DNA of 64,000 nt from a virus. The position numbers were made by a program, and so were the translations under genes. How positions within the stretch are numbered: position 1 is the stretch's first letter; every line of letters begins with the position of its first letter. This document shows, piece after piece, positions 51,471 to 60,553 of this stretch. A model generated the notes under the pieces. That model was not told the origin of the DNA, ran no database searches, and worked only from the letters and a program-made list of their open reading frames with translations. The stretch covers positions 8,416-72,415 of the IMG/VR virus record IMGVR_UViG_3300031973_001557, one strand, 5' to 3'.

Positions 51471-52365
51471 TGATATAGCGGGAACGCTATTAGGTAAAAG
51501 AGGAGGAGAAGGTTATTCAACAACTTATGATTCTTCTTTATTAGTTCGTATTCCTAGATCTTTAAATCGAGAAACTTATCGAATTGATAATAAAAATCTT
51601 CCGTTTATAGGAGGAGATGTCTGGAACGCATACGAAGTATCAGCTATTACTAATACTGGAAGACCAGTATCAGGAGTAATGAAGATATGGTGTGATGCAG
51701 ATTCTAAATATCACGTTGAATCTAAGTCAATTAAACTATATCTTAATTCCTTTAATATGACTCCTTTTGGGGAAACAGGAGAAGAATGTATTAAGATTAT
51801 TGAGGATACCGTATCAGAAGATTTATCAACTTTATTAGAAACAGAAGTTGAATGTAAATTATTTACAAGAAATGATAGTCTTAATTTTGATGTCTTTAGT
51901 GATTATGATGAACTAGAAGATTTAGTAGATTTAGATAAAGTAGATTATTCTAATGATAAATTAGAAAAATTAGATATTACCAAAGCATCGTTTAAAGATT
52001 TTAATCCTAGATTAAAAGTTCGTACTAATCTTTTAAGAAGTAATTGTCGAGTAACTAATCAACCAGACTGGGGTGACTTATTTATTTTTATTAAAGGTAA
52101 TGAGAAGGATAGTGTATTTACTCTAGATAGTCTAGCAAGCTATATTGTTTCTCATAGACAAGTTAATCACTTTCATGAAGAGATCGTAGAAATGATCTTT
52201 AAAAAATTATACGATGAATTTAATCCTAAAGAACTAATGGTATGTGCAATGTATACTCGAAGAGGAGGGATTGATATTAATCCTATTCGATCTACTCATG
52301 AGCATTTAATTCCTGGTGCATTTAGAACTATGAATAGCTTAACTCAAAAAACATTACGTCAATAA
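51448..52365 (+). CDS. queF: NADPH-dependent preQ0 reductase, bimodular type
   Basis: WNAYE, VESKSIKLYLNSF QueF motif, SNCRVTNQPDWG (catalytic Cys/Asp), FHEE, YTRRGGIDINP. Confidence 0.93.
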   Translation: MSTQSQINDIAGTLLGKRGGEGYSTTYDSSLLVRIPRSLNRETYRIDNKNLPFIGGDVWNAYEVSAITNTGRPVSGVMKIWCDADSKYHVESKSIKLYLNSFNMTPFGETGEECIKIIEDTVSEDLSTLLETEVECKLFTRNDSLNFDVFSDYDELEDLVDLDKVDYSNDKLEKLDITKASFKDFNPRLKVRTNLLRSNCRVTNQPDWGDLFIFIKGNEKDSVFTLDSLASYIVSHRQVNHFHEEIVEMIFKKLYDEFNPKELMVCAMYTRRGGIDINPIRSTHEHLIPGAFRTMNSLTQKTLRQ

Positions 52366-53141
52366 TGAAATGTAAAAGATTAAGAAGTTACGAAAAACCT
52401 TTACAGGTATTAGAGCTTTATACTGCAGTTCAATCTGAAGGTTCAAGACAAGGTTACCCTACTATTGTAGTTAGAACATCAGGATGTACTCATAGATGCT
52501 TCTTTGGTGAAGGTGGATGGTGTGATAGTTGGTATACATCTATTCATCCGGAAAAAGGTACTTTCTGTTTTAATGACATTATCAAAATGTATGATGATAA
52601 TCCTCATATAAAAGAGATGATGTTAACTGGGGGATCTCCTACTATGCACCCTGCTTTAGTAAATGAATTAACTCATTTTGCTCATGAGCGAGGAATCTTT
52701 ATTACTATTGAAACAGAAGGATCTCATTTTTTAGAAACTGATTATCCTATTAATCTATTATCTATTTCACCTAAATTTAGTAATTCTATTCCAGTAGTAG
52801 GAGCTAAAACACCGCTAGGAGAGATAGTAGATGAGAAGATGATCATCAAACATAACAGTAAACGATTGAATAAAGAAGCAATCAAAGCTTCTATTGAATA
52901 TCATAATGATTATCATATTAAACCAGTATTAGATAAAGATTTAACTATTCTTCCGGAAGTAGAGGAGTTTGTTAAAGAGTTAGAGATACCAGATGAAAAG
53001 ATTTGGTGTATGCCTGCTGGAGATGATATTCCTGCTCTACAAGAATCCTATCCTGTAGTAATGAACTTTGTTAGAGATAGAGGATGGAGATTTACAGGTA
53101 GAAGTCATATTATGGCTTTTGGTACAGAAAGATGTGTTTAA
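52365..53141 (+). CDS. queE: 7-carboxy-7-deazaguanine synthase (radical SAM)
   Basis: ELYTAVQSEG...G, VRTSGC..RC...WCDS, LTGG.P, IETEG, ISPK. Confidence 0.88.
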   Translation: MKCKRLRSYEKPLQVLELYTAVQSEGSRQGYPTIVVRTSGCTHRCFFGEGGWCDSWYTSIHPEKGTFCFNDIIKMYDDNPHIKEMMLTGGSPTMHPALVNELTHFAHERGIFITIETEGSHFLETDYPINLLSISPKFSNSIPVVGAKTPLGEIVDEKMIIKHNSKRLNKEAIKASIEYHNDYHIKPVLDKDLTILPEVEEFVKELEIPDEKIWCMPAGDDIPALQESYPVVMNFVRDRGWRFTGRSHIMAFGTERCV

Positions 53142-53157
53142 TATTTAAAATAAAATT

Positions 53158-54183
53158 ATGCAAGATAACAGAAATAAGGAAAAAAAATATGAGTGGATCG
53201 GAGATGTTAAATCTTATAAGGAACCGGAAGATAATGAATATTCGGTAAAATATAATGAACCGGATAGAGAATATGATGCTACTTATAGACCTACAAAAGC
53301 TGATATCGAGACATTTCCTGATCTTCAAAATGGACCTTCATCTTTGATTCAAGGAAGTCCTGTAGAGATCCAACAAGTAGGTATTCATAATTTTAGATTA
53401 CCTCTTAAGTATGAAAAGCGTGGAGGAGGGGATATTGAATTAGAAACTCGAGTAACCGGAACAGTATCCTTAGCAGCTCATAAGAAAGGAATTAATATGT
53501 CTCGTATTATGAGATCTTTCTATAAGTTTAAAGATGATTACGTATATGATAAGTTAGATGATATTCTAATGAAGTATAAAGATAATCTAGATTCATTTGA
53601 TGCTAAGATTGGATTACATTTTTCTTATCCTATTTTACAACCTTCTTTAAGATCAAATAATGCTGGTTATCAATATTATAATGTAACTTTAGAAGGTAAT
53701 ATTGATTATACAGGTAATTTTAAAAAGATCTTACATTTTGATTTTGTTTATTCTTCTGCTTGTCCTTGTTCGTATGAATTAGCCGAGCATGCAAGAAAGT
53801 ATAGAAATAAAGCAACAGTATCTCATTCTCAAAGATCGGTAGCTAGAATATCAATAGAGTTTGATAAAATTGTATGGATAGAAGATCTACAAGAGATGTG
53901 TGCTAAAGCTCTTAAGACCGAAACTCAAGTAGTTGTAAAGAGAGAAGACGAAATGGCCTTTGCTGAACTTAATGGTTCTTATCTCAAATTTGTAGAAGAT
54001 GCCGCTCGATTATTATACGAACAATTATCCGAAGATAAAAGAGTAAAAGATTTTAGAGTAATATGCTCTCATCAAGAGTCTCTACACTCTCACGATGCAA
54101 TATCGGTTATAACAGCACCAAACAGCAAGTTTAGTCAAGATATATCACATGAGGTATGGTCCAGTTTAATTCATATTTCGTAA
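53158..54183 (+). CDS. folE2: GTP cyclohydrolase IB
   Basis: IQQVGI, KGINMSR, SACPCS, HSQRS, VKREDE, KFVEDAAR, ESLHSHDA. Confidence 0.92.
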   Translation: MQDNRNKEKKYEWIGDVKSYKEPEDNEYSVKYNEPDREYDATYRPTKADIETFPDLQNGPSSLIQGSPVEIQQVGIHNFRLPLKYEKRGGGDIELETRVTGTVSLAAHKKGINMSRIMRSFYKFKDDYVYDKLDDILMKYKDNLDSFDAKIGLHFSYPILQPSLRSNNAGYQYYNVTLEGNIDYTGNFKKILHFDFVYSSACPCSYELAEHARKYRNKATVSHSQRSVARISIEFDKIVWIEDLQEMCAKALKTETQVVVKREDEMAFAELNGSYLKFVEDAARLLYEQLSEDKRVKDFRVICSHQESLHSHDAISVITAPNSKFSQDISHEVWSSLIHIS

Positions 54184-54256
54184 AAAAGATTTATTAAAAA
54201 GGTAGAAAAGTCGAAGAAAAATCGCTATCTTAAGAATATAATTAGAATAAATATAT

Positions 54257-54757
54257 ATGCAATATAAATATAGTAGAAGAGATGATTATGTACCGTTTGT
54301 ATCCGAGGTAGAACAATTTAATGAAGCCTTTAATAAGCCTAACAAGTATATTCCTAATGTTCCCGAAAAAGAACAATGGATGTTTGTGTATAACTTTATC
54401 TTAGAGGAGTTAAATGAGTATAAAGAAGCATGCGAGAGAGGGGATGTAGTAGAGGTCTTAGATGCATTAGCCGATATTACTTATGTTGCAACCGGAAATG
54501 GTGTAATGCTACATGGTCTTAAAGATCATTTTGAAGCAGCTTATGAAGAAGTACATCAATCAAATATGTCTAAGTTGTGTAAGACTTTAGAGGAAGCCGA
54601 ACAGACGCGCGACCTGCGGTCCGAACAACAAGGTGAACCATGTCATATTGAACAAAGAGATGATTACTGGGTAGTATTAAGAAGTAGTGATCGTAAGGTC
54701 ATGAAGTCGGTTAACTATTTCCCACCAAATTTAAGCGCGATATTAAATGAGCAGTAA
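54257..54757 (+). CDS. all-alpha NTP pyrophosphohydrolase (MazG / PRA-PH-like)
   Basis: ILEELNEY...EVLDALADITYV, EVHQSNMSK, KVMKS..Y.PP.L. Confidence 0.85.
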   Translation: MQYKYSRRDDYVPFVSEVEQFNEAFNKPNKYIPNVPEKEQWMFVYNFILEELNEYKEACERGDVVEVLDALADITYVATGNGVMLHGLKDHFEAAYEEVHQSNMSKLCKTLEEAEQTRDLRSEQQGEPCHIEQRDDYWVVLRSSDRKVMKSVNYFPPNLSAILNEQ

Positions 54758-56468
54758 GGAGCAATTAGTACTACCTTACAAAAAGTGTTATGCAGAAAAA
54801 GGTAGAGGGAATAACTATACTATTCACTTATGGGATGATGGTGGATATAATCAATTAGATTGGCGTAATTATGCTTACAAAGAATCTGATTATGGTGAGT
54901 ATGAAGGTTTCCGAGGTGAGAAGTTAGATAAAGTGTATCAATGGGATTATGATGATAAGACTATTCATTATCATGATATGCAACCGGCTCAAAAGTTTCT
55001 GATCGAAACCTACGGTACTAATGATGAGCCTTCGACTTCACATAAAGAATTATTTTTCGATATTGAGATTGAGATTGGTGGACGATTAACTCAAGAGTAC
55101 ATCCGTCAAGCTCCAATGCCTTGTACTTCTATTGCTTGGTATGATAAGTTTAGAGATAAGTGGGGTATCTTGATTTTAGATAAGCAAGGTAAAATGCAAT
55201 ACTCTGAAAAGGGTAATAAAGAGATTATACCTGTTCGTACAGAAAAAGAGTTACTTGCTAAATGGGTTGAACGTATTAGAGAAATCGATCCAGATATCTT
55301 AATCGGATATAATAGTGATCATTTCGATATTCCTTATTTATATTTTCGTATCTGTAATGTATTAGGAGAGGAATGGGCTATGGCTATGTCTCCTATTAAT
55401 ATTGCAAGAGATATATCTCAATGGTCTAGAGAACGTACTATTGAGTTTGCCGGTTTAGAAACTTTAGATTACTTACGACTACATAAGCAGTTCTCTATGA
55501 GAGAAGAACCTTCTTATAAGTTAGATGCTATTGGAGAGAAGTATGCTGGGTTAGGTAAGATTGAGTATGAAGGATCTCTTAATCGATTATTCGAAGATGA
55601 TATTGATAAGTTTATCGAATATAACTTTCGAGATGTTGAGATCTTAAAAGTATTAGATGAGAAGTTAGGTTATCTTGATTTAACTAAAAACTTATGTCAT
55701 AAAGGTAAGATTAACTATCATCAGGTTCATTCTACCTCAGTAGTACATGATGGTGCTATTTCAGCTTATCTTTTATCTAAAGGTATTATTCCACCTCGTA
55801 AGGAACGTAATAATAAATTAGATCGTAAGATTGCTGGTGGTTATGTATTCTGTCCTACTTCCGGACTATACAATTATATTTTTGACTTAGATTTAACCTC
55901 TCTATATCCATCTATTATGATGACTCTCAATATGGGTAAGGAAACTATGATAGGAAAGATCTATCATGGTGATGAGAAGAATAACCGATTAGGGTTAAAA
56001 GATCTAAAAGAGATGCCTCAAGAGTTAAATGTTAGAGTTCAAAATCATAGAGGTCAAACTAAGATGATGGAAGTATCTAAACTGGTTAAGTTTATCGAAG
56101 ATATGGATATCGCAGTAGCTGCTAATGGGGTAATGTTCTCTAAAGATAAACCATCAGTATTCTCTATATTATTAAATGAATGGTTTAATGAGAGAGTACG
56201 ATATAAGAACTTAATGAAGAAGTATAAGTCTGAAGGTAACAAAGCTATGACTGCAAAGTATCATACAATGCAGTATACAATTAAGATCTTACTTAATTCT
56301 TTATTTGGAGCTACAGCTATGAATGGTTTTAGGTATGGTAATATACTTATAGGAGAAGCTATTACTTTATCTGGTCAACGTATCATTCAAGAATCAGCTT
56401 TACACATTAATCATACCTGTCACGATTTACTTTCTGGTAATATAGATAAAGAAGTTTTTACTAATTAA
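54747..56468 (+). CDS. family B DNA polymerase, N-terminal part (3'-5' exonuclease plus motifs A and B; no motif C)
   Basis: FFDIE, GYNSDHFDIPY, SYKLD, YNFRDV, GGYV, DLTSLYPS, KILLNSLFG, ITLSGQ; stop soon after, with no YGDTDS. Confidence 0.88.
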   Translation: MSSKEQLVLPYKKCYAEKGRGNNYTIHLWDDGGYNQLDWRNYAYKESDYGEYEGFRGEKLDKVYQWDYDDKTIHYHDMQPAQKFLIETYGTNDEPSTSHKELFFDIEIEIGGRLTQEYIRQAPMPCTSIAWYDKFRDKWGILILDKQGKMQYSEKGNKEIIPVRTEKELLAKWVERIREIDPDILIGYNSDHFDIPYLYFRICNVLGEEWAMAMSPINIARDISQWSRERTIEFAGLETLDYLRLHKQFSMREEPSYKLDAIGEKYAGLGKIEYEGSLNRLFEDDIDKFIEYNFRDVEILKVLDEKLGYLDLTKNLCHKGKINYHQVHSTSVVHDGAISAYLLSKGIIPPRKERNNKLDRKIAGGYVFCPTSGLYNYIFDLDLTSLYPSIMMTLNMGKETMIGKIYHGDEKNNRLGLKDLKEMPQELNVRVQNHRGQTKMMEVSKLVKFIEDMDIAVAANGVMFSKDKPSVFSILLNEWFNERVRYKNLMKKYKSEGNKAMTAKYHTMQYTIKILLNSLFGATAMNGFRYGNILIGEAITLSGQRIIQESALHINHTCHDLLSGNIDKEVFTN

Positions 56469-56472
56469 TCTA

Positions 56473-56483
56473 TATTTATAATA
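56473..56483 (+). promoter_or_regulatory. putative late promoter TATTTATAATA before the 926-aa ORF
   Basis: Exact copy immediately after the PolB stop codon. Confidence 0.7.
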
Positions 56484-56503
56484 ATAAAAAAATAAGAACA
56501 CTT

Positions 56504-59284
56504 ATGTCTAATTTTGACTTAAACGATTATTTGTATAATAATCCTCTATTCGAAGACGAAGATAAAAAAGCAGATAAAGAAATTGAAGATGTATTTAAGG
56601 ATGCAGTCGAAGATTTTGCAGACGAACTACCAAACATAAAAGCTGATGTTAAAGAAGGAGCACCTCTAGTTGTAGCAGGAGCTAGTTTAGCAATTCCGGA
56701 AATACTTAAAATTGTAGGAAAGATTTCTAAAAAATTCTCATCTGTAATTGGACGCACAGGAAATACAGGAGAAAAAATTATTAAAGTAGCTGATAAACTT
56801 CACCATACACTTACAGGAGTAATTAAAAAAGGACTTAGAGCAATCGGTGCTAAAGAAGGTTCAGCTCTTGATAAAGCAGTAGATGGTATCTATCATGTCT
56901 TAGTTGCATCATTAATGCTTGCAAGTGGAGCTGGATCTGTAAAAGCATTCAAAGCAGGAAAGATTGCAATATCTTCTTTAGAAGCAGCTCTAGCAGCAGT
57001 TAAGTCAAATGAAGTAGGAAGATTCTTACAAGACATAATTGGATCAGGAACAATAGGAGAAATAAACGAACAATTAGAATTTGATGATGATTTTGGTACT
57101 GGAGGTGAAGAAGTAGAAAGTTTAGCAGCAGATGTAGTAATGGGAAGAATAAGCTATAAAGATGCTAGAAAAAAAGCTTCTAAAGCTGCATTTAGTATGA
57201 AAGAACTTAATAATGCTATTGCGTATGTTGAAGATTTAACTGGTAAATCAGCTCCTAACTATAGTATAGAAGATCAAGTGCCTATTCATCGTAAAGGTGA
57301 TAATGACTATGATGCTGATTTTGAACAAGATGATGAAAATGTAGGAATGGGATATGATGATGAAGGAAGACCATTAGGTGAAGGTGATGGATGGGGACGT
57401 TCTGATCAATTTGCTTTAGTATCATCTATGCATAGAGAATTAGGTAAACCATCTGAATTTCCTAGCCTTTCTGATCTTATAGATGCCGCTGAAAGTGCAA
57501 CTGATTTTTATATGGATGATTTTGAGAGCTATGAGGATGATAAGGAAGGTTTAGTCATGATGAACGCTCGTAGTTATGCAAGACAATTTTTTCCTAAAAT
57601 GTTTGACGCAATGAAAAAATTTGCTGAACCATTAGATGAAGGAATGCATACAAAAGATCCTCGACAAATAGAAGCAGAGAATGAATTGAGAGATCAAGCA
57701 ATGTTATATTATCTTCGAAAGATACGTAGTGGAGAAATTGATGTTCTACCTAAAAATCCATTACAAGCATATTTAGATATGCTAACACAAGATCAAATGG
57801 ATCATGATGCAGAAACTTTAAGAAGAGAATTAGGAGAAGGACAACGTGGAGATTCTGAACCAGGATATTCTTTTTCAGACCTTACAGATAGATTGGATTC
57901 AATTAAAATGGGCACAGGTAATAAGTATGTAATAGGTCGTTTTAATCAAGAAGATAAAGTAATAGTTAAAAATTCTCCAGAGTTAGGTGTAGGAACAGTT
58001 TACGGTGTATTCCCACATAGGATCGATGGGAAAACAGCTAATGAGATGGTTTATAATGTAGAATTTCCTAATGGTGAAGATGAATATTACTATGATTCAG
58101 AATTATCTTTTGCTTCAAAAAAAGAAAAAATGAATGAAAGACTTAACGTAGCTAGAGATGCTCTTAAAAGACTATATAACGAAGTAGGAGCTACAACATT
58201 TTCTCAAATGATTCTTGAATTAAGAGATGAGAATGTCTTAGATGAATTAGTAGAAGGAATGACATATCAATACTCAGGAATTATGAATGAAGGACTTACC
58301 ATTGGTGGTAAAAAAGTAAAAGCTATTCATACTCATGATTCAAATAATGTAGAAGATCATACTATTGAATATGAAGACGGAACAGAAGAACCTTATTTAA
58401 AACACTTACAAATGAAAGAAGCAAGAGATTATAGGATGACTTATCCTAGTTATAAAGTCGAAGAATTTAACGCTATAGGTGATATGGCACATAATGGTAT
58501 TTTAAATCTAATGTCATTTGCTGAACAACACAAACCAGAAGTAGTAGATAAAATTAAAGCTGTAGCAGAAGAAGTAATGAATCTTATCTATGATGACATG
58601 GAAGAGTTTGATACACAGCCTAGAATTAGTGTTAAAGAGAAAAAAGGTAAAGATCATGACGGTGATGGAGATATTGATTCTGATGATTATTTAATGGCAA
58701 GAGATAAAGCTATTAAGAAAGCTATGAAATCTGAAACTAAATCTGCTCCTAAAGGACATTACTTTACAAAGTCCGGAAATCTAGTAAAAGGTAGAATAAC
58801 TAAAGATGCAAGAGAAAGAGGTGCTACTATATCTGATCCATTAGATAAAAGAAGATCTAAAATACCTCCAGTAACTCAAGTTAGAGAGGAGGATGGAGAC
58901 CAAAGAGTATTTAAAGGAAAAGATTATAAAGTAACTTTAGATAAAGGTCGAAGATATACTATGAAAGGAGTACATCAAGCAACTTATAAAGAAAATCCTT
59001 CACTTTCAAAAGAAAGAGCTAAAGCAGTAGCTAGTAGAATTTATAAATCTATAACAGAAGAAACTGAAGAACCTACTGCTGGACAGATTAAAAGCTCTGG
59101 AGGTTCACTAGCATCAATTGCAGGGAAACTCGCTAAGGTAGCAAAGGATATGAAAGGTTTAGCAAAAGAATATAAAGTAGCTAAAGAAGCAGGAGATGAT
59201 AAGAAAGTTAAAGATCTTCTTGCAACCTTGAAAGTACTTACAGCTCATAAAAAGCAACTAGAAAAAGATCTAGATAACGCTTAA
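56504..59284 (+). CDS. large acidic mosaic protein, putative internal head polyprotein
   Basis: TATTTATAATA upstream; unrelated segments separated by [ILMV]-x-E junctions; DHDGDGDIDSDD EF-hand-like motif. Confidence 0.55.
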   Translation: MSNFDLNDYLYNNPLFEDEDKKADKEIEDVFKDAVEDFADELPNIKADVKEGAPLVVAGASLAIPEILKIVGKISKKFSSVIGRTGNTGEKIIKVADKLHHTLTGVIKKGLRAIGAKEGSALDKAVDGIYHVLVASLMLASGAGSVKAFKAGKIAISSLEAALAAVKSNEVGRFLQDIIGSGTIGEINEQLEFDDDFGTGGEEVESLAADVVMGRISYKDARKKASKAAFSMKELNNAIAYVEDLTGKSAPNYSIEDQVPIHRKGDNDYDADFEQDDENVGMGYDDEGRPLGEGDGWGRSDQFALVSSMHRELGKPSEFPSLSDLIDAAESATDFYMDDFESYEDDKEGLVMMNARSYARQFFPKMFDAMKKFAEPLDEGMHTKDPRQIEAENELRDQAMLYYLRKIRSGEIDVLPKNPLQAYLDMLTQDQMDHDAETLRRELGEGQRGDSEPGYSFSDLTDRLDSIKMGTGNKYVIGRFNQEDKVIVKNSPELGVGTVYGVFPHRIDGKTANEMVYNVEFPNGEDEYYYDSELSFASKKEKMNERLNVARDALKRLYNEVGATTFSQMILELRDENVLDELVEGMTYQYSGIMNEGLTIGGKKVKAIHTHDSNNVEDHTIEYEDGTEEPYLKHLQMKEARDYRMTYPSYKVEEFNAIGDMAHNGILNLMSFAEQHKPEVVDKIKAVAEEVMNLIYDDMEEFDTQPRISVKEKKGKDHDGDGDIDSDDYLMARDKAIKKAMKSETKSAPKGHYFTKSGNLVKGRITKDARERGATISDPLDKRRSKIPPVTQVREEDGDQRVFKGKDYKVTLDKGRRYTMKGVHQATYKENPSLSKERAKAVASRIYKSITEETEEPTAGQIKSSGGSLASIAGKLAKVAKDMKGLAKEYKVAKEAGDDKKVKDLLATLKVLTAHKKQLEKDLDNA

Positions 59285-59334
59285 ATAAGTTGGATATAAG
59301 AAATAATTTACTTATATTTAAGTAAATTAACGTT

Positions 59335-59766
59335 ATGAAAAAACTATTACTATTATTTACACTCTCGCTATCTCTAAGTGTGTCTCAAGCACAGTATCAA
59401 GATATGCCTATTGACTGCTTAGTAGAAGCAATTATTCAAGTTGAATCAAGAGGAGACTCTACTGCTACAGGTGATCGTGGATGGGCAATAGGAGTATTGC
59501 AGATATGGCCTATTATGGTTAGAGAAGTTAATCGTATCCAGGAAAAAAATGGAAGTGATGTTCGTTATGTTTATACCGATCGTCTTAGTGTAAAAAAATC
59601 TATTGAAATGTTCCATATCTGGAGAGAATATTATCATTCTGATTCAGATTGGGAGACAATAGCTCGTTGTTGGAATGGAGGTCCATCTGGTAGTAGTCAT
59701 CATCGAACTAAGTGTTACTGGAACAAAGTAAGAAAAGAACTTGATTTATTAGCTTATTACCACTAA
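59335..59766 (+). CDS. lysozyme-like / lytic transglycosylase with signal peptide
   Basis: MKKLLLLFTLSLSLSVSQA signal peptide; AIIQVESRG (catalytic Glu), GVLQI, WNGGP. Confidence 0.8.
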   Translation: MKKLLLLFTLSLSLSVSQAQYQDMPIDCLVEAIIQVESRGDSTATGDRGWAIGVLQIWPIMVREVNRIQEKNGSDVRYVYTDRLSVKKSIEMFHIWREYYHSDSDWETIARCWNGGPSGSSHHRTKCYWNKVRKELDLLAYYH

Positions 59767-59774
59767 ATTATATA

Positions 59775-60194
59775 ATGCGATTATTATTTTTATTATTATT
59801 TGCTCCGTTAGTAGCAATATCTCAATCACTAACAGGATATGATTTCTCATGTACAAAAATGGAGATCTTAGATCCAGTAAAATATTCGGATGAATATTAT
59901 GTTATAGAAGAGACGAGAGTTGTTGATCTCAAAATTTCTTTTTATCACGATCATATTGCAATCTATGATTATGTGAAACAAGTCAGTAATATCATGGATG
60001 TGACATTCGTGCGTCATGATTCTGAATCTCTGGTAGATATCTACACATTAGAATCACCTAATGAACCAGGAAGTGGAGTATTTGTTTTCTTTGATCAAGG
60101 TATGGTGAACTTTTGTATAGAATACATACCAGAATGGAACCGATACAAGAGTATTTATAGATTGAAAGATTTAACTTATATAGGACACAAATAA
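59775..60194 (+). CDS. hypothetical exported protein
   Basis: Signal peptide MRLLFLLLFAPLVAISQ (A/S-Q cleavage typical of Bacteroidota). Confidence 0.55.
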   Translation: MRLLFLLLFAPLVAISQSLTGYDFSCTKMEILDPVKYSDEYYVIEETRVVDLKISFYHDHIAIYDYVKQVSNIMDVTFVRHDSESLVDIYTLESPNEPGSGVFVFFDQGMVNFCIEYIPEWNRYKSIYRLKDLTYIGHK

Positions 60195-60544
60195 TGTATA
60201 CTTACAACGCAATAGTAGAAAGAGTAGTAGATGGAGATACTGTCGATGCTCTAGTAGATCTAGGATTTGATACTTGGAAAAAAGTTCGTATTAGACTTAA
60301 CGGTATCGATGCTTGGGAATCTCGTACAAGAGATTTAGAAGAAAAAGAAAAAGGTTTAGCAGCTAAACAATATCTTATTGAACAATTAGAATCAAATGAT
60401 AATAAATTTATTTTAGTTTCTCACGGAGTAGGTAAATTTGGTAGATGTTTAGGAGAATTATTCCTACAAAAAGATGGCTGGAGCTTGAATGAAATGTTAA
60501 TTACGGAAGGTCACGCAGTTAAATACTTCGGAGGAAAAAGATAA
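60194..60544 (+). CDS. thermonuclease (SNase-like)
   Basis: RVVDGDTV, RIRLNGIDAWE, GKFGRCL, LNEMLITEGHA. Confidence 0.88.
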   Translation: MYTYNAIVERVVDGDTVDALVDLGFDTWKKVRIRLNGIDAWESRTRDLEEKEKGLAAKQYLIEQLESNDNKFILVSHGVGKFGRCLGELFLQKDGWSLNEMLITEGHAVKYFGGKR

Positions 60545-60553
60545 TTAACTCAT

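Noticed and set aside
48158-54183. Queuosine tRNA-modification pathway
   Set aside because: No queA or queG/queH, the TGT-like protein is divergent, and the context is DNA replication; the encoded tRNAs are not GUN-anticodon Q substrates.
56400-59284. Intron, intein or homing endonuclease interrupting PolB
   Set aside because: No intein Cys/His-Asn ends, no LAGLIDADG/HNH/GIY-YIG motifs, and no downstream PolB exon in the window.
11770-59637. Scattered minus-strand ORFs (11770, 13254, 16661, 19825, 23892, 27512, 28330, 28714, 28951, 31397, 32955, 40996, 42330, 53110, 56054, 56527, 59446)
   Set aside because: All are antisense to well-supported + strand genes and show no recognisable motifs.
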